NCBI GenBank assembly: GCA_963783305.1
Contig: CAWAMW010000016.1
Span: 224,001 to 288,000, forward strand
Source: an uncultured Gemmatimonadales bacterium
GTDB lineage: Bacteria; Gemmatimonadota; Gemmatimonadetes; Longimicrobiales; RSA9
Length of the DNA stretch: 64,000 nucleotides
Direction: 5' to 3'
Below, one piece after another: positions 61,467 to 64,000 of this stretch (position 1 is its first letter; every line of letters begins with the position of its first letter). Position numbers and translations under genes: made by a program. Under the pieces are notes generated by a model. The model was not told the DNA's origin. It ran no database searches and was given only the letters and a program-made list of their open reading frames with translations.

Positions 61467-61996
61467 CCTGACCCGGGCCGTCGCGGAAGCGCTGTCGAAA
61501 GAGAACGGAGGAGGCGCGACGTGAGCGGCCGGACTTCCCGCCCCCCGGCACGGCGATTGCCAACAGCGGCAGTGGTCCTTACTGTCAAGGCGTCCCAGCA
61601 CCCGCGGCCTCTCGAGCTCGAGTCGCCGGATGGTGCCGGGGCGGGTGCGGAAGATACCGGCACTGGCGGTCGCCGGCGTATTCGTGCACCTTTCGGTCGA
61701 GATGGTCGTGGGGGGAGGTCCGACGGAGCCGTCGGCTCGGATCCTCGCGATCGTCCTACTTCCGGCCCGCGTCGCGGTGCCTGCCGTCGGGACCGATACC
61801 CGGACGCAGCAGGATCCCGCACACGATCCCGCGCGGGAGTTCGGAAGCCGCGGCGCCCCCTGAGCAGATGGGCGGCGGGACCTTTCCCGGGACGGTGGCT
61901 GTAAACGAAACAGCGCCCTCGCGCGTCCTCGTTGCAGACCTGCTCCGTTTATTTTCCGTTTACGCACGACACCCACACAAGGACAGAGGAAAGCAC

Positions 61997-63142
61997 GTGA
62001 TCAAGGAAGCCTCCCTGGGCGTTCTCGAGGTTCTCTCGAGCGGCTCCGGGTTCATTCGCCGCAAGGAAGACGGATACATCCCCGGCGATAACGACATCTA
62101 CGTCGGCCAGAAGCTGGTCCAGAAGTTCAACCTGCGGACCGGCGACGAGATCACAGGCGAGGTGGGCAACGCCCCCGGCCGTGGCAAGAGCGCGCCACTG
62201 ACGCGACTGGTGGGCGTGAACAGCCGCCCGCCGGAGGAGCTCGGCCACCGGCCGAACTTCCAGCGTCTGAGCGCGTTGCACCCGGACGAGCAGCTGGTCC
62301 TGGAGTGCGGTCTCGAGCGCCGCGGGAAGCCCGATTACACGAACCGCGTGATCGACCTTCTCTGTCCGTTCGGCAAGGGTCAGCGGGCGCTGATCGTGGC
62401 CCCGGCCAAGGCCGGGAAGACCATGGTGCTGCAGGCCATCGCCGAGGGGATCATCACGAACTATCCCGAGTCCGATCTCATGATCCTGCTGGTGGACGAG
62501 CGGCCGGAAGAGGTCACGGAGATGGAGAACTGCGGCTTCGGCGAGGTGATCGCCAGCAGCTTCGACCATCCCGCGGAGCGGCACGTGGCGGTGGCGGAGA
62601 TCACGCTCGAGCGCGCCCGTCGCCGCGCCGAGCTGGGTGATGACGTGGTGATCATCCTCGACTCCATCACGCGCCTTGCGCGGGCGTACAACACGGTGGA
62701 GGAGGGCAGCGGCCGCACCCTCTCCGGCGGCCTGGACGCCAACTCGCTGGAGAAGCCGAAGCGGTTCCTCGGCAGCGCCCGCAACATCTCGCGGGACGAG
62801 GGCGGTGGGTCGCTCACCATCATCGCCACGGCGCTGGTGGACACGGGCTCCCGCATGGATGACGTGATCTTCGAGGAGTTCAAGGGGACGGGCAACAGCG
62901 AGCTGCTGCTCAGCCGGGAGCTGGCGGACAAGCGGATCTGGCCGGCCATCGACCTGGTGGCGAGCGCCACCCGGAAGGAAGAGCTCCTGCTCACGAACGA
63001 CGCGCTCCGCGTATCGCACCTCCTCCGTCGACAGCTCACCGATGACGCGCCGGCCGACGCCATGGAGAAGCTCCTGGCGTTCATGAAGCGGACAGAATCG
63101 AACCGGGAGCTGATCGACCGGATCCTCAACAACCCCGGCTGA
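61997..63142 (+). CDS. rho: Transcription termination factor Rho, short form
   Basis: GAGGA RBS before GTG; GVLEV...[64 protein letters not shown]. Confidence 0.95.
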   Translation: MIKEASLGVLEVLSSGSGFIRRKEDGYIPGDNDIYVGQKLVQKFNLRTGDEITGEVGNAPGRGKSAPLTRLVGVNSRPPEELGHRPNFQRLSALHPDEQLVLECGLERRGKPDYTNRVIDLLCPFGKGQRALIVAPAKAGKTMVLQAIAEGIITNYPESDLMILLVDERPEEVTEMENCGFGEVIASSFDHPAERHVAVAEITLERARRRAELGDDVVIILDSITRLARAYNTVEEGSGRTLSGGLDANSLEKPKRFLGSARNISRDEGGGSLTIIATALVDTGSRMDDVIFEEFKGTGNSELLLSRELADKRIWPAIDLVASATRKEELLLTNDALRVSHLLRRQLTDDAPADAMEKLLAFMKRTESNRELIDRILNNPG

Positions 63143-63146
63143 GCCG

Positions 63147-63830
63147 GTGTCGGCGGCGTCTGGAGGGCCAGCGGCGTTCCGGCCGCTGGAGGAGTACCGG
63201 CGTCGTCCGGAGGGAGAGGTGAGGGAGCGCGCGGCGGAGTTCGCGGCCGAGCTCCGTCGCCGCCGCACCGTTCGTGACTTCGCGCCGGACCCGGTGCCGC
63301 GTGAGGTGATCGAGCGCTGCATCTGGGGGGCCGGGGCCGCGCCGAGCGGAGCGAACCAGCAGCCGTGGCACTTCGTAGCGGTCTCTGACCCGGGGGTGAA
63401 GCGGCGGATCCGGGAAGCGGCGGAAGTGGAAGAGCGGGAGTTCTACCGCGACCGGGCGCCGCGCGAGTGGCTGGAGGCGCTGTCGCACCTCGGGACGGAC
63501 GAGAACAAGCCTTTCCTGGAGCGGGCGCCGTGGCTGATTGCCATCTTCGCGCAGCGCTATGGCGTCGCGCCCTCCGGTGAGCGCACCAAGCACTACTATG
63601 TGACGGAGTCGGTGGGGATCGCCACGGGCATGCTCATCACCGCGCTCCACCACGCCGGCCTGGTCACGCTCACGCACACGCCCAGCCCCATGGAGTTCCT
63701 GGCCACTCTGCTGGGCCGCCCCGAGAACGAGCGCCCGTTCCTGCTCCTGGTGACGGGGTATCCTGCGGAAGACGCGTGCGTGCCCGAGATCGACAAGAAG
63801 TCGCTGGACGCGATCGCCACCTTCCTCTGA
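63147..63830 (+). CDS. Nitroreductase family, iodotyrosine deiodinase-like
   Basis: [72 protein letters not shown]. Confidence 0.9.
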   Translation: MSAASGGPAAFRPLEEYRRRPEGEVRERAAEFAAELRRRRTVRDFAPDPVPREVIERCIWGAGAAPSGANQQPWHFVAVSDPGVKRRIREAAEVEEREFYRDRAPREWLEALSHLGTDENKPFLERAPWLIAIFAQRYGVAPSGERTKHYYVTESVGIATGMLITALHHAGLVTLTHTPSPMEFLATLLGRPENERPFLLLVTGYPAEDACVPEIDKKSLDAIATFL

Positions 63831-64000
63831 CGCGTTGGCGCCGCCGCGGCGGCCCTGACGTGGCACTGGCGGTGGGTGGGGCCGCCGACCATGTTCGCTC
63901 CTGCGGCACGGACCTTTTCCGCGGTTTCGAAGTACCACGCCGCCAGTGCGGTCCGCGGACGGGCCTGCGGGCGTGAGTGACTCTGGTGTGAGCGAACTGA

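Overview
Very GC-rich bacterial chromosomal window. Gene content (SARP/BTAD-TPR regulator, GC-rich SusC/SusD pair, TBDR-ECF-anti-sigma unit) suggests Gemmatimonadota, which is an inference. Most genes are housekeeping or metabolic: partial UvrD/Rep helicase, cyclic beta-1,2-glucan synthase, several amino-acid transporters, two YafK/DpaA-like L,D-transpeptidases, tkt, kbl-tdh, acnA, pdxH, D-threonine aldolase-like enzyme, tRNA-Ala(TGC), a short Rho and an iodotyrosine-deiodinase-like nitroreductase. The most interesting units are: (1) a tightly coupled three-gene operon encoding a PAS/Cys-motif protein, a globin-like plus CarH-type B12-binding protein and an IsdG/MhuD-like monooxygenase, a candidate B12/bilin (photocobilin-like) light sensor with its own chromophore supply; (2) a GntR-controlled SusC/SusD locus carrying a D-aminoacylase, a remodelled gamma-glutamyltransferase and an NhaC-family permease instead of glycoside hydrolases; (3) an orphan eCIS/T4 gp19-like tail-tube gene pair; (4) a dispersed 28-bp repeat family. 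Four genes carry in-frame stops or single-base frameshifts that may be assembly errors, and galM and PAS gene relics are visible. No CRISPR array, integrase or transposase was seen. All family calls come from motif recognition by eye, not database searches.
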